Below are positions 27,111 to 37,200 of a stretch of DNA of 64,000 nucleotides, one piece after another. A model generated the notes under the pieces. It saw nothing but the letters and a program-made list of their open reading frames with translations, searched no databases and had not been told where the DNA came from. Source of the DNA: a virus. Taxonomy: Duplodnaviria; Heunggongvirae; Uroviricota; Caudoviricetes. The stretch lies in the IMG/VR virus record IMGVR_UViG_3300042363_000940. One strand, written 5' to 3'. The stretch's first letter is position 1; every line of letters starts with the position of its first letter. The translations under genes and the position numbers were made by a program.

Positions 27111-28424
27111 TTATGATAAAGGTTTAATTTTAGGACTTGACCCACTATTGTATCCACTAACAACCTGTGCAACCAAATCACCTGTACCCCAAGTCTTTAA
27201 AGATTCACATTTGGCGATTTTATCCGCACCGATATCATTCTTTAAACCGTTAACAATACAACTGTATGTTGTTTTTCTAAGTGTTTTAAGGGTGGCAATC
27301 ATACCATCCTCAATCGTTTCATAACTTTTAACACCATGACTATTAACTGAGACAGAACCCGGTAAATCCCAAGTAGTGTTAAATGGATTAAACGTACCAC
27401 CACTTCCCTCCGCCTGTCTCCAAGCATAAAGGAATTTAAGGTTCTCTTCACTTACAGGTGCGCCAAGATTTTCAAGTAGTTTTGCGTAGAATGAACTATC
27501 GGTAACACCACCTGCCAATACTGTTGGGTCAAGATATTGTTTAATATCATTGTCCTCAATGTTCTTTGCTTTAAGTAATTCAATTAGTTTGGTTAACATT
27601 TCAGGGGTTGCCTTTGTCATCGATGCACTTGGTGAACCACCTGATGGTCCTCCAACCGCCTTACCCGCACCATATTGTAAGTGAAAGTGTGGTCCTGTTG
27701 CGTTTTTCGATGGGTTAGTGTACTCATCAATATATGAGAACTTACCGTCTTTAGATTTGTATTTGTTTAATACATTCATGAACGCCTTCGCGTTTTCTGA
27801 ATTATATGGTTTCAATACAAGGTCAACCGCTTGACCCATTGTATGTCTACTTTTAGTACCTTTATGGAAATTATCATTACCCGCGGTAACAACAACCTTT
27901 ACCTTAGGTTTAACCTCGGCATAATCTTTTAATACGTCACTTACAATACCACTAATTTCATCTGTAATCTGTCCACCACTGGTAAGTTCATTACCTTTCT
28001 CATCGTGACCCAAGTCATCCAATGTACTTCTTAGTTCGGACGCACTTTCATTAAGTTTCTCGACATTCTCAGATGTGAATTTACTAACGGCAGATGCGGT
28101 CTCGGGACCAAACAAACCGTCGACACCATATTTTGGTAAAGTGTAACCGAGTAATGTTAAACCGATTTGCATAGATTCAACTTCCTTTTGAAATCCCATT
28201 GAACCTTTTTGTTGTTGACTTAATCCACCCTTACCAACAGCATCCTCTAATGTAATGTATAGTTGTTCAACGTCTTTAGAAACTAAATCCGCTTTCTTTG
28301 GGTCGTCTTTCTTCTTTAAACCTACTTTTGACAAAATATTATCCAAGAAACCTTCGGTCATAACCTCCTTACCGTAAGTTATTTCGTGGATTCTTTCTAA
28401 TTCTTCTTGGAGTGTCTTCTTCAT
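27111..28424 (-). CDS. peptidoglycan-binding (PG_binding_1) plus peptidase M15-like cell-wall hydrolase
   Basis: LQIGLTLLGYTLPKYGVDGLFGPETASAVSKF is a PG-binding repeat; VVVTAGNDNFHKGTKSRHTMGQAVDL matches the M15 zinc-peptidase SxHxxGxAxD motif. Confidence 0.7.
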   Translation of the reverse strand: MKKTLQEELERIHEITYGKEVMTEGFLDNILSKVGLKKKDDPKKADLVSKDVEQLYITLEDAVGKGGLSQQQKGSMGFQKEVESMQIGLTLLGYTLPKYGVDGLFGPETASAVSKFTSENVEKLNESASELRSTLDDLGHDEKGNELTSGGQITDEISGIVSDVLKDYAEVKPKVKVVVTAGNDNFHKGTKSRHTMGQAVDLVLKPYNSENAKAFMNVLNKYKSKDGKFSYIDEYTNPSKNATGPHFHLQYGAGKAVGGPSGGSPSASMTKATPEMLTKLIELLKAKNIEDNDIKQYLDPTVLAGGVTDSSFYAKLLENLGAPVSEENLKFLYAWRQAEGSGGTFNPFNTTWDLPGSVSVNSHGVKSYETIEDGMIATLKTLRKTTYSCIVNGLKNDIGADKIAKCESLKTWGTGDLVAQVVSGYNSGSSPKIKPLS

Positions 28425-28465
28425 GTCTTAATAAATATATCTAATAAATAGTATAAAACTCCCTT

Positions 28466-29035
28466 TTAGAGTGTCAAAAACTTAATAACCTTCTCCTTTA
28501 CTCCCGATTGTTTGATGCCTTCATTTCCTTTTGGTGTTAAAACAAAATTATCTAACCCCCAAGTTTTCCATTCTTCATCATTACCCATGTTTAAATCGTC
28601 AATAGAAACCCAATGGGTTATCTCAGGATGGTCATGTAGGTATTGTTTAATTTCGATAACCCTACACATCTCCGAGTCCCATTGAGTTGACCATACCCAT
28701 GTCTTATCATTATACCAAGTACACTCAGATAAATCAGGAGTAAACGCAATTGGTTTCTTAATGATTCCTTTGGATTCATAATACTCTCCCATCTCTTCAA
28801 CATTCGCCCATCGTTTCCAATCTGATGAGACAACAATCTCAGCGCCTGTTTCTTCTAAGATTTCGTTAAGGATGGTAATCGCCTTTTTGTTAAAGTTGTC
28901 GAATCGAGCATCGACCGGTAAAGACAGAACGGATTGTGACAGTTTACGTCCAACCTTGGTTTGTTTTTTGAAACGACCGCCCCACTCTGTGGATAAACAG
29001 ATTACTCCGTCATGGTCTAAAAATATTACTTTCAT
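28466..29035 (-). CDS. HAD-like hydrolase (putative)
   Basis: N-terminal VIFLDHDGVI (DxDGV); weak. Confidence 0.4.
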   Translation of the reverse strand: MKVIFLDHDGVICLSTEWGGRFKKQTKVGRKLSQSVLSLPVDARFDNFNKKAITILNEILEETGAEIVVSSDWKRWANVEEMGEYYESKGIIKKPIAFTPDLSECTWYNDKTWVWSTQWDSEMCRVIEIKQYLHDHPEITHWVSIDDLNMGNDEEWKTWGLDNFVLTPKGNEGIKQSGVKEKVIKFLTL

Positions 29036-29116
29036 TCTTTTGGTTTAGTGAGACACTCCAAACATATACTTTGCGCAGGTAATAGAATTGGTATTGGGTT
29101 ACCACATACCTTACAG

Positions 29117-29809
29117 TTATTTATTGATTCCATTGTATTTCTTAAATACTTTTACGAACTCAGGTGAATACTTTTTATAAACTATTTCACTCCATTTGGC
29201 GTACTTACCAGTTGACATGAATGCCTGAATCTCATCATCTATTATTTTCTTATCGTTAACGTAACCCGCCTTGATTAGGTGTTTACCCAAACTGATATAT
29301 TCGGTCTTCCTGATTTGACTTATCAAATAATCCATCTCAACCTTATACTTCAAATCGGTGTAATATAACCCATGGGCCATCTCGTGGTTCATGGTACCTG
29401 ATTTGATTTTATCTGCACCAATTATGTACCACGGTTGGTGCTCTTCACCCTTTCCTTTGGTGTCGTTTTCACAGAAAGAAATAATCTTACCCATGATATT
29501 GTCATATTCATTTGGGTAATGTGATTTAAATTTTTTGTGAGACTCCAAAAGAATGTTTGATGGAATGTTATATCCAACCCAATCGTGTGGGTAACTAAAG
29601 TAAGTTGATTTATTACCCTTAGTGTATGTTCTCATGTAAGATTCAAGACTGAACACATTACCCCTCACTTCAGGGTATGGTGACTCATAATACTCTTGGT
29701 ATCTACAGAATAACATTGCACGGTCGTAGTCATCCTTTATTATGACGGCATAGATGTGCGGTTTAATTTCATTTACTTCACCAACCACTAGTGGATGTAC
29801 TATTTCCAT
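29117..29809 (-). CDS. putative zinc metallopeptidase (HExxH)
   Basis: HEMAHGLYY motif. Confidence 0.5.
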   Translation of the reverse strand: MEIVHPLVVGEVNEIKPHIYAVIIKDDYDRAMLFCRYQEYYESPYPEVRGNVFSLESYMRTYTKGNKSTYFSYPHDWVGYNIPSNILLESHKKFKSHYPNEYDNIMGKIISFCENDTKGKGEEHQPWYIIGADKIKSGTMNHEMAHGLYYTDLKYKVEMDYLISQIRKTEYISLGKHLIKAGYVNDKKIIDDEIQAFMSTGKYAKWSEIVYKKYSPEFVKVFKKYNGINK

Positions 29810-29811
29810 AA

Positions 29812-30006
29812 TTAAAATTTTCCTTCAGTGTGTGAATTGTTATCCCATTCGTCCTCATCTTCACCAAAAAGGTCCATCCCTTTATAATTGGGGTGGTTTG
29901 TTTTCATATAATCAATACCTTCAACCCATCTCCACGCAACAATCGTTATTGTTATAACAATTAACACAACATATCCTATAAATCCCATATCCTTAATTAT
30001 TGTCAA
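29812..30006 (-). CDS. small membrane protein (64 aa)
   Basis: Transmembrane helix. Confidence 0.4.
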   Translation of the reverse strand: MTIIKDMGFIGYVVLIVITITIVAWRWVEGIDYMKTNHPNYKGMDLFGEDEDEWDNNSHTEGKF

Positions 30007-30175
30007 TTCTCATTTTGGTCCTCTTTTTTTACAATGACTTTACCCTTTTTGTTTATAATATTACCATCTTTATCTAAAATGTTTCCGTTATCATCCATTA
30101 TGGGTGCCGTTACCATTTGGTAACACATAAACACCATTGATAGAAACATTAGTGATAGGATAGTGTATATTATTG

Positions 30176-30568
30176 TCATTGGTTAAAATATTTTGATTTC
30201 CAAAATTGGTACCATTTACGTTTTTGAATTGGTCGGCACTCTGAGAATGGATTATCACCAAAATTAACCCTACCCAAATACTTTGACGATAATACATTTA
30301 AAAATATCTCATGATATCTCTTAGGGATTTCATCAAAGTCTGCCGTGATTTCCACTATAAGTTCGATTGGTCCATTATCATATTGCACAACTATTCGTTC
30401 ATGAAGTTTCACAATGGTGGATGTTTTAATATGAATGGTATCTCCACCCAAAATAAAATCTTGTTGATTTGGGTTATCTGGGTCAATGTTTAACATGTCT
30501 TCTTTTACTTTTTTAGGGGTTCTCTTTCTACTCGGTTTCGTGCTCGAGGTATCGTTCGCATTTGTCAT
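30176..30568 (-). CDS. hypothetical protein (130 aa)
   Basis: ORF. Confidence 0.45.
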   Translation of the reverse strand: MTNANDTSSTKPSRKRTPKKVKEDMLNIDPDNPNQQDFILGGDTIHIKTSTIVKLHERIVVQYDNGPIELIVEITADFDEIPKRYHEIFLNVLSSKYLGRVNFGDNPFSECRPIQKRKWYQFWKSKYFNQ

Positions 30569-30800
30569 AGGATTCTTTATCTATTTCTTTTAGGTAGTCA
30601 AAAGTCAATTCATATCTACCACTTATTGTTGACTCATTAAACCATTCAGAATAGATACTATCCTTTTCATTGGTAACCTTCTCCAAATCCATTTTAAGGA
30701 TTTTATTTTCATTATCTACTTTGGTGTACTGTAGTGTCAACCAAATAACAAATAACATCAACAACATCAAATATGTCATTGGTTTTTTTAGGTATTTCAT
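30528..30800 (-). CDS. membrane protein (90 aa)
   Basis: Transmembrane helix. Confidence 0.4.
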   Translation of the reverse strand: MKYLKKPMTYLMLLMLFVIWLTLQYTKVDNENKILKMDLEKVTNEKDSIYSEWFNESTISGRYELTFDYLKEIDKESYDKCERYLEHETE

Positions 30801-31073
30801 AGTTAAAATTTAAAAAATTTCTTCGGCGATACCCAGTATCTCCGCTAAACACAACATGATAGCCGCACCGGTAAAATTCAAGGTAAAAAGACAATAACAT
30901 GCCCCGATTCTGATACCTGACTTTACAATACTAATCCTGAAATGGACATTTGTTTTTGATTCTTTTTCTTGCATAATAAAATGTACTTAATTTTTTTGAC
31001 ATTACAAAATTAGAAGACAAAAATAGTTAGAATATCCACATATCCAAAATATTTTTAAAGATATTTTGAAAAA

Positions 31074-32483
31074 TTACGAAATAAAGTCAAACTTTTCCTT
31101 CCTTAATTGAAGACCCGAATATTCCGACATCTTTTTGTTTAATATTTGTATTGATTTGTTAAACAAAACATCCACTGAGGTATTTGCCTTACCGTATTGT
31201 TGACTTAAACACCCCTTCCTGTATTGTAAATTAATTCTTTTTCTTTTGTGGGTCATGGCAATATAAACATAGAGTAGTCCGTTGGTAAATTGTTTACCCA
31301 TACAGTTTTTCATTTTATACCCCTCCAATGAAAATTCGTCTTCAGTTTTCAATATTGTGACGTTAAATGTTTCCCCGTCAACTACGATATCTTCTTCTAT
31401 ATGTGAAATAAAATCATCAGGTAACGCATACCTAATACGATAACCTTTTTTAAAATGGTTCTTATATCCTTCCCACTGTTTCAATAATATTTCAAAACTA
31501 TTATCATCATTTGCTTTAAACTTTAAATCTAAATTATTATTTAATAATGATTCACGAATAGATAGTAATTCGTTTAATGAAAATACTAACGAATCGTTTT
31601 GTAATCCATCTTTTTCCCAATTGTTAAACAACTTAACCATGAATCGTTTTTCAGATTCATTCTTTAATGTGTGGTACCTTTTGTTTGGAACTGTCACTGT
31701 GCAGTAATCAATCCATTTAATTTGTTTGAGGTAATCAATATAATTCTCACCAAATAAACCACACACATAACTTATCGTTCTGATATTAATGTAATCTTCC
31801 GATTTGTTGATTTCACCAATTAAGTATTTTGATTTGATACCGTATGAATCCAATATTGCTGGCAGATATTTGTAATCGTTTAACTTCAACCATTTTGGTT
31901 TTGGATAATCATATTGTATTGAATGGTACACATCATCGTGTGCTCTGATTTTTTTTCTATCTAAATGAAAGTCAACAAGTAAATCGAACAGAGGATTGAT
32001 GTGTGGTTTATGTTCATATAGTTTTGTTTTATAGTATTCGGATTGAAGTATTGGGACAATCTTACTCAACAATATTTTCATAATTGAGTCGCACGCTCTT
32101 GTGTATTTTACACCCCAGTAGTTTTGTCTTTTTTCACCTTTAAAAAACCCTGATTCGGTAAAATCAAAAAGTGTACTAAAGTTATTTGTTTGTCTTTTGA
32201 TTCTACCTTTGGTTGTACGATTATCATCGATACCGTCGTTTGATAATTGGTAATTTGTTGTAACATTACCATTCTTTAGATTAATAGTTAAACCGTGGCT
32301 AACAACCATCTTTCTACGGGTACCGTACCTATTATAATCAAATGAAAATTCGGCAATGTATTGAATTAAGTTATCGTATTGATATAACATTAATTGACAG
32401 TTAGAGGTTAAACCTCCTTGTTTGTCGATTACTCCCCTTTCTTTTTTATTTTGACTATGATTAAACAATAAGTCCATATACAA
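31074..32483 (-). CDS. large hypothetical protein, PcfJ-like paralog (469 aa)
   Basis: C-terminal FSLEGYKMKNCMGKQF parallels EEGSFMHHCVASY of the adjacent 623-aa protein; both share a DDF..HIE...block. Confidence 0.6.
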   Translation of the reverse strand: MYMDLLFNHSQNKKERGVIDKQGGLTSNCQLMLYQYDNLIQYIAEFSFDYNRYGTRRKMVVSHGLTINLKNGNVTTNYQLSNDGIDDNRTTKGRIKRQTNNFSTLFDFTESGFFKGEKRQNYWGVKYTRACDSIMKILLSKIVPILQSEYYKTKLYEHKPHINPLFDLLVDFHLDRKKIRAHDDVYHSIQYDYPKPKWLKLNDYKYLPAILDSYGIKSKYLIGEINKSEDYINIRTISYVCGLFGENYIDYLKQIKWIDYCTVTVPNKRYHTLKNESEKRFMVKLFNNWEKDGLQNDSLVFSLNELLSIRESLLNNNLDLKFKANDDNSFEILLKQWEGYKNHFKKGYRIRYALPDDFISHIEEDIVVDGETFNVTILKTEDEFSLEGYKMKNCMGKQFTNGLLYVYIAMTHKRKRINLQYRKGCLSQQYGKANTSVDVLFNKSIQILNKKMSEYSGLQLRKEKFDFIS

Positions 32484-32515
32484 AATATATACGGACTTTT
32501 TGGAATTATGTAGTC

Positions 32516-34387
32516 TTAAAATCCAAACAAATGATGGTTGGGTAAGTTTAAACCATTTCCTCCCTGTAATTGGGCTATTGGGACTTCTTTACCATTAATC
32601 TTTACCCTAACTTTTTTTGTTTCTAAATGGGTTAGGAGTCTTTGGTGTGAGAATCGTTTAACTTTCCCTCTCAATAACCTTAATGGTTCTGTAAAGTGTT
32701 CAGGTGGTATACGGTTACAGAAATGTCTTTCTTGAATACATTCACCGGTTTTCTTATCGAACTCACATGTCACCCTATCTTTTTCGTCGTCGGTCCTTAA
32801 TGAGATAACTATTGATGATTCCTTATTCGCGTAACTAGCAACGCAGTGATGCATGAATGAACCTTCTTCGGAATACTCCTCATCTCTTTTTAAGATGTGG
32901 GGTGTGAATTTTCTTTCAACCAAATCCGCACCTAACAAATTAAAAGGTTCCTCAACCTTTCTAACCATTCTGTTATCAAAAACATATTCGGTTGACCAAC
33001 CTTTTCTAATCGTGGCAATCATCTTTGATAACTCAATATGTTCAGTATGGAAGTCATCATAGTTTGTTGCCCTCATTCTAAAGTTTGGGTCAAACTCTCT
33101 AATCTGAGTTATCATATCCAAGTGGTCAACAAATAAACTATAGATACCACTCACTGAACGTAATGGGTCACTAACTGATTTGGTATCAACCAGTGAATTG
33201 GTGATTTTAATTATATTCTCCTTCTCACTATCTTCAAGGTTAAATCTTCGATAGTTCTTTCTTTCTTTGATTGGTTCGGCACTGTATGGTTGTGAGGTTA
33301 TTGACTTGAAGTAATCGTACGCTCGGGGTTTTAAATTACCGATGTGTTTTGTATATTCATTACCAAAAAATCCACAGAACAATGCCAAATGTTTAATGTC
33401 AATATCCACATGGGTATGTAACATTTTGTTTGTTAGTTTAGATAATATTCCGTAACTATCTAACGACGATTGTATTAATTTCCTACCATTCTTCTTGAGG
33501 TATACTTCGCCCGGATAGTACATGGTTATCAATTTATGGTAATCATTGGGCGTTTTAATTTTCTTATGTTTAACAAGAAAGTCTATAAATCTAAGACGTA
33601 ATTTTAATTTATCCTCATTATCAATCAACGTAATTGGGGTGTCGTTGTGTTGACCAATCTCAATTAATAATCTATCCAAAAAGACATCATCATCCATTTC
33701 TTTTTTAAACTCATTAAAAACGGGAGAATTTTTACTTACATTGTTAGTTATTTTAAAAAAACCATTTGAACCAATTAGGTTTTCAATTACACCAAAAGAA
33801 TTTCTTCTAAACCTATTTGTTTTAACACCTTTATTTCTTCTATTAGATTCCCCAACATTTATATCCCCATTATTTAAATTAAAGGATATGACTTCACTAT
33901 TCGTTCTAATCTTAAAATATTTAGAGTTAAGGTCCCTTGACCTTGTTCTTTTGTATGTGCGAGCAATGACTTTACCATCAACCAATTTAATGGTCCTTTC
34001 TGTTGTGACAATTAAAATACGAGCAAAAGGATTTACATAATGTTTTTTTATGTGTCTATCTTTAGTGGTGAAAAACTCCCCATCTATTCCACCTGAAAAT
34101 GTGTTTTTAAATGCCAATTCAAATGGTATCTTCAATGACTTTTCATCACCCAAATCCTCGTTAGTATAATAATATTTGGTTTTGGCCCCTTTTTCGTGTT
34201 TAAATAATGGGATGGTAAGATATTTTGGGGATAATGACATTGGGAGTTTAAAAACATCAAAAAAAACATTATCAAGTTCAGTGGGGATTACGAGTTTTTT
34301 AATTGGGTCACCTTGATGTGGGAACTTACAATAGTTCTTAACCACAGTTATAATAGCATAAGTTATCGATTGTCTTAAAATTTCCAT
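32516..34387 (-). CDS. large hypothetical protein, PcfJ-like paralog (623 aa)
   Basis: Motif ...EEGSFMHHCVASYAN resembles the conserved Met/His-Cys block of PcfJ-like phage proteins; family name recalled from memory. Confidence 0.6.
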   Translation of the reverse strand: MEILRQSITYAIITVVKNYCKFPHQGDPIKKLVIPTELDNVFFDVFKLPMSLSPKYLTIPLFKHEKGAKTKYYYTNEDLGDEKSLKIPFELAFKNTFSGGIDGEFFTTKDRHIKKHYVNPFARILIVTTERTIKLVDGKVIARTYKRTRSRDLNSKYFKIRTNSEVISFNLNNGDINVGESNRRNKGVKTNRFRRNSFGVIENLIGSNGFFKITNNVSKNSPVFNEFKKEMDDDVFLDRLLIEIGQHNDTPITLIDNEDKLKLRLRFIDFLVKHKKIKTPNDYHKLITMYYPGEVYLKKNGRKLIQSSLDSYGILSKLTNKMLHTHVDIDIKHLALFCGFFGNEYTKHIGNLKPRAYDYFKSITSQPYSAEPIKERKNYRRFNLEDSEKENIIKITNSLVDTKSVSDPLRSVSGIYSLFVDHLDMITQIREFDPNFRMRATNYDDFHTEHIELSKMIATIRKGWSTEYVFDNRMVRKVEEPFNLLGADLVERKFTPHILKRDEEYSEEGSFMHHCVASYANKESSIVISLRTDDEKDRVTCEFDKKTGECIQERHFCNRIPPEHFTEPLRLLRGKVKRFSHQRLLTHLETKKVRVKINGKEVPIAQLQGGNGLNLPNHHLFGF

Positions 34388-34586
34388 ATCATCACAATTT
34401 CTACAAAGATAGTATTTTTTTGGATATACAATATTTATTTGAAAAATATTAACATGGCAAAATCATCAAAAAGTAGTTCAAACTCTGTAAAGGTTAATTT
34501 TGGTAAAAAAACTTCGGGTAAATCGAAAAAAAATATCAACAAACATACCAGTAAAGTGAAGAAATACAGAGGTCAGGGTCGCTGAA

Positions 34587-34886
34587 TTACTCTCTTTTTG
34601 GAACATAAAGCGTGTAAAACGCAGTAATCTCCTCATTGGGGACTATGTCTTTAATTGCCCTAATCATTATAAATCTACCTTCTTCATACACCTCACAATT
34701 GGGTGTTTCCGAATGATTAAAGAACCCACCAAGTGGTGTTCTACTATACCCATTTTCAAACTCATCATCTCTAATGTGGGTGATTCCAAACACATGATGT
34801 TTGAGAATGTTTTCTGTTGCGAATAGACCTAATCCGTCTATATCACTGTTTCTAATTGTTACGTTTTTTGGTAATGGTCTGTACAT
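34587..34886 (-). CDS. SET-domain protein (putative lysine methyltransferase), minimal 99 aa
   Basis: GLGLFA...FFNHSETPNCE...ITAFY corresponds to the SET GxG, NHSC-PNC and post-SET tyrosine signatures. Confidence 0.7.
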   Translation of the reverse strand: MYRPLPKNVTIRNSDIDGLGLFATENILKHHVFGITHIRDDEFENGYSRTPLGGFFNHSETPNCEVYEEGRFIMIRAIKDIVPNEEITAFYTLYVPKRE

Positions 34887-35215
34887 TAACTTATCATCTG
34901 TAGTAGGATATAAGATAGTTTATAACCGGCAAATGCACCGAGAGCGGATGGTATTGGAAATACAATCATTTTACCCAAATCGGTCACATACTTTGGTCTG
35001 TTAACAATTGTACCCATAAAGTAATAGTATATGATATAACCAAACAAAACCGCAATGTCGGTTCGTGTTGAAATGAATACTACTAAAGTTGCCCCAATGA
35101 ATCCAAAGGTGAAGTTATCACGGATACCTTCCCAAATTTCATGTGTGGTTGCGCTCTTATATTCCTTTATTATTTTATTTAATTTAATTCCACCCTTCTT
35201 AATGCTACTCTCCAT
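34886..35215 (-). CDS. membrane protein (109 aa)
   Basis: Three hydrophobic helices. Confidence 0.45.
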   Translation of the reverse strand: MESSIKKGGIKLNKIIKEYKSATTHEIWEGIRDNFTFGFIGATLVVFISTRTDIAVLFGYIIYYYFMGTIVNRPKYVTDLGKMIVFPIPSALGAFAGYKLSYILLQMIS

Positions 35216-35220
35216 TTAAT

Positions 35221-35760
35221 TTAGTCTACGTTTATCTTTATCTTTGTTTTTTCTCCGTTTGGTTGTGAATACACCGCATGTTGTGGTGTTAGTTCGTAAT
35301 TTAAACCTATCATCTTCCTAATGTACTTATTACCCGTTCCCGGTTTAAGATATGCCACGGTTAAATGTGGGTGGTAATCAGGATAATCGTTTGTGTGTGG
35401 ATACCCTCTCAATTCACCATTTGCATCATGAAGACTGTCACCCTCAACATCGAACTTTAATACATCATATTGTTTGTTCTTAAACAATGACGGGTTATGT
35501 ACTTTACATGATGGGTATGTGTGTTTATTCAATACATTTTTTACATCATCAATGGATACACCATCGTGTAAACCATATAGTAATGTGGTATGTGGTTCTG
35601 TCTCCAATCCGAATGAACCATCTTCTTCTTCGGTGTAAACATCGTTAGGGTCAATCATACCGTGGATGTACTTCATTTCAGGAAATGCGAAGTACAACAT
35701 TGCACAACCAAATTCGTACTTTGGTTTGTTTTCTTCATTAATAATATCCATTAGTTTCAT
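35221..35760 (-). CDS. 2H phosphoesterase (LigT / Acb1-like) family protein
   Basis: Two H-x-T/S-x motifs: PHTTLLYG and HPHLTVAY. Confidence 0.7.
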   Translation of the reverse strand: MKLMDIINEENKPKYEFGCAMLYFAFPEMKYIHGMIDPNDVYTEEEDGSFGLETEPHTTLLYGLHDGVSIDDVKNVLNKHTYPSCKVHNPSLFKNKQYDVLKFDVEGDSLHDANGELRGYPHTNDYPDYHPHLTVAYLKPGTGNKYIRKMIGLNYELTPQHAVYSQPNGEKTKIKINVD

Positions 35761-36002
35761 TATCTAGTTTTTGTTATTTGTATCGTTATCCCTGCGGGTC
35801 CCGATGACATACTATATGTATTGAATCGGTTATCATTAAACCAACCATAATCCTTAAAATTAAATAAAATACAATCTCTACCCTCAAACCAAACATGGAT
35901 TGCGTTTGTTGCATAATCTATTGAAGGTTGGGATATGTACCCCAATTTCCAAGATTCTCTAAACTCTTCTACAAATTCGTCAGGTGTGATGTGGATAAAC
36001 AT
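35760..36002 (-). CDS. hypothetical protein (80 aa)
   Basis: ORF. Confidence 0.4.
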   Translation of the reverse strand: MFIHITPDEFVEEFRESWKLGYISQPSIDYATNAIHVWFEGRDCILFNFKDYGWFNDNRFNTYSMSSGPAGITIQITKTR

Positions 36003-36250
36003 TAATCCAAATTAAATAATCCTTTCAGGTAATCATCATAAGACATTTTCATTACGTGTTCGTATTGGTCTTCGTAACTTACTCTCTGCATGGTTTCCCA
36101 AATGTCTTCTGCCGGTTGTTCACCTATTTTATCTTTAAGGTCTTGGAACTCGGTTGTATTTCCAAAATTCTTATATCCTTGTACAATTGCGTCCACTTTA
36201 TCGTGTGCTGCAACTTTGAAATCTTCAAATGTTAATTGATTGTTTTCCAT
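36002..36250 (-). CDS. acidic hypothetical protein (82 aa)
   Basis: ORF. Confidence 0.4.
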   Translation of the reverse strand: MENNQLTFEDFKVAAHDKVDAIVQGYKNFGNTTEFQDLKDKIGEQPAEDIWETMQRVSYEDQYEHVMKMSYDDYLKGLFNLD

Positions 36251-36258
36251 ATAGATAA

Positions 36259-36546
36259 TTACTCAACTTCGGGCGTTTCTTCCGTACTATTTAATATAAT
36301 AATTTCCTTATGTTCCTTATCAACTAACAACGCAGTTACTGGTTTATCGACCCTATAGAAATGTTCTCCATCGAGTATTCCTTCTTCTCCATTAACCATT
36401 GAGTATTCCATAAACTCCTCAGGGAGTTTGTTAATCCATTCTTTTAATTCTTGTAGTATCATAATTCTAATTTGATAAATGTTTCTTTTTGTGTTGTAAT
36501 AGATTACCATACCCACCAATTTGTTTGCTACAAATATCACAAACAA
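36259..36546 (-). CDS. hypothetical protein (95 aa)
   Basis: ORF; overlaps the 3' end of the homing endonuclease ORF, so one of the two may be shorter. Confidence 0.35.
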   Translation of the reverse strand: MFVIFVANKLVGMVIYYNTKRNIYQIRIMILQELKEWINKLPEEFMEYSMVNGEEGILDGEHFYRVDKPVTALLVDKEHKEIIILNSTEETPEVE

Positions 36547-37129
36547 ATTTTTCTAAAGTTTTACCTTTGTTCCATGTAGGTTTTCCCTTTTTGGTTTCAC
36601 TTATTTTTTTACTATGTTCTTTTGTTCTTGGTGGTTTTGGTTTCCTTAATTTTTCTCTATTCTCTTCTTTTTTCATTGGATTATTATCACCTGATAATGC
36701 AATACTCATTTTATATCTATACTCATCAGATTTATGAAATCCATGTGATATTCTTTTTTGTATTGTTTCTTCAGATTGCGTTACCCCAATTTGATACTCT
36801 CTTAATTTTTGTTTATGCTCTTCTGTTTTTGGGTATCTTAACTTTTCTCTAACTTCATCTGATGGATTGAATAACCCCTCACCGCCATCTGTCATATTTG
36901 TCAATGTATCTCTACCATATTTTTGAATTAAATATTTTTCAGTATCACATGCACCTTCCCATTCAATATCCGATTCAATAATTTCAACATCATATCCATA
37001 TTTAGCAACAACGTTTTTCCAATGTATGTTTCTATTTCTATAAGAATAAGCTCTTTCTTCATAAAGGCCAATCCCAACATAAAAAACTTCATTAGTATTT
37101 TTCTTTTTGTGTAAATAAACAACTGCCAT
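36467..37129 (-). CDS. GIY-YIG homing endonuclease (free-standing, Seg/I-TevI-like)
   Basis: VVYLHKKKNTNEVFYVGIG (GIY-YIG), NUMOD-like K/R-rich repeats, C-terminal CDICSKQIGGYGNLLQHKKKH zinc finger. Confidence 0.8.
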   Translation of the reverse strand: MAVVYLHKKKNTNEVFYVGIGLYEERAYSYRNRNIHWKNVVAKYGYDVEIIESDIEWEGACDTEKYLIQKYGRDTLTNMTDGGEGLFNPSDEVREKLRYPKTEEHKQKLREYQIGVTQSEETIQKRISHGFHKSDEYRYKMSIALSGDNNPMKKEENREKLRKPKPPRTKEHSKKISETKKGKPTWNKGKTLEKFVCDICSKQIGGYGNLLQHKKKHLSN

Positions 37130-37200
37130 ATATTATTTCTTTTAGTATAAATATATAAAAGTTGTGAAAAAGGTGCTTTAATTGTTGGTTATTTTTCATA

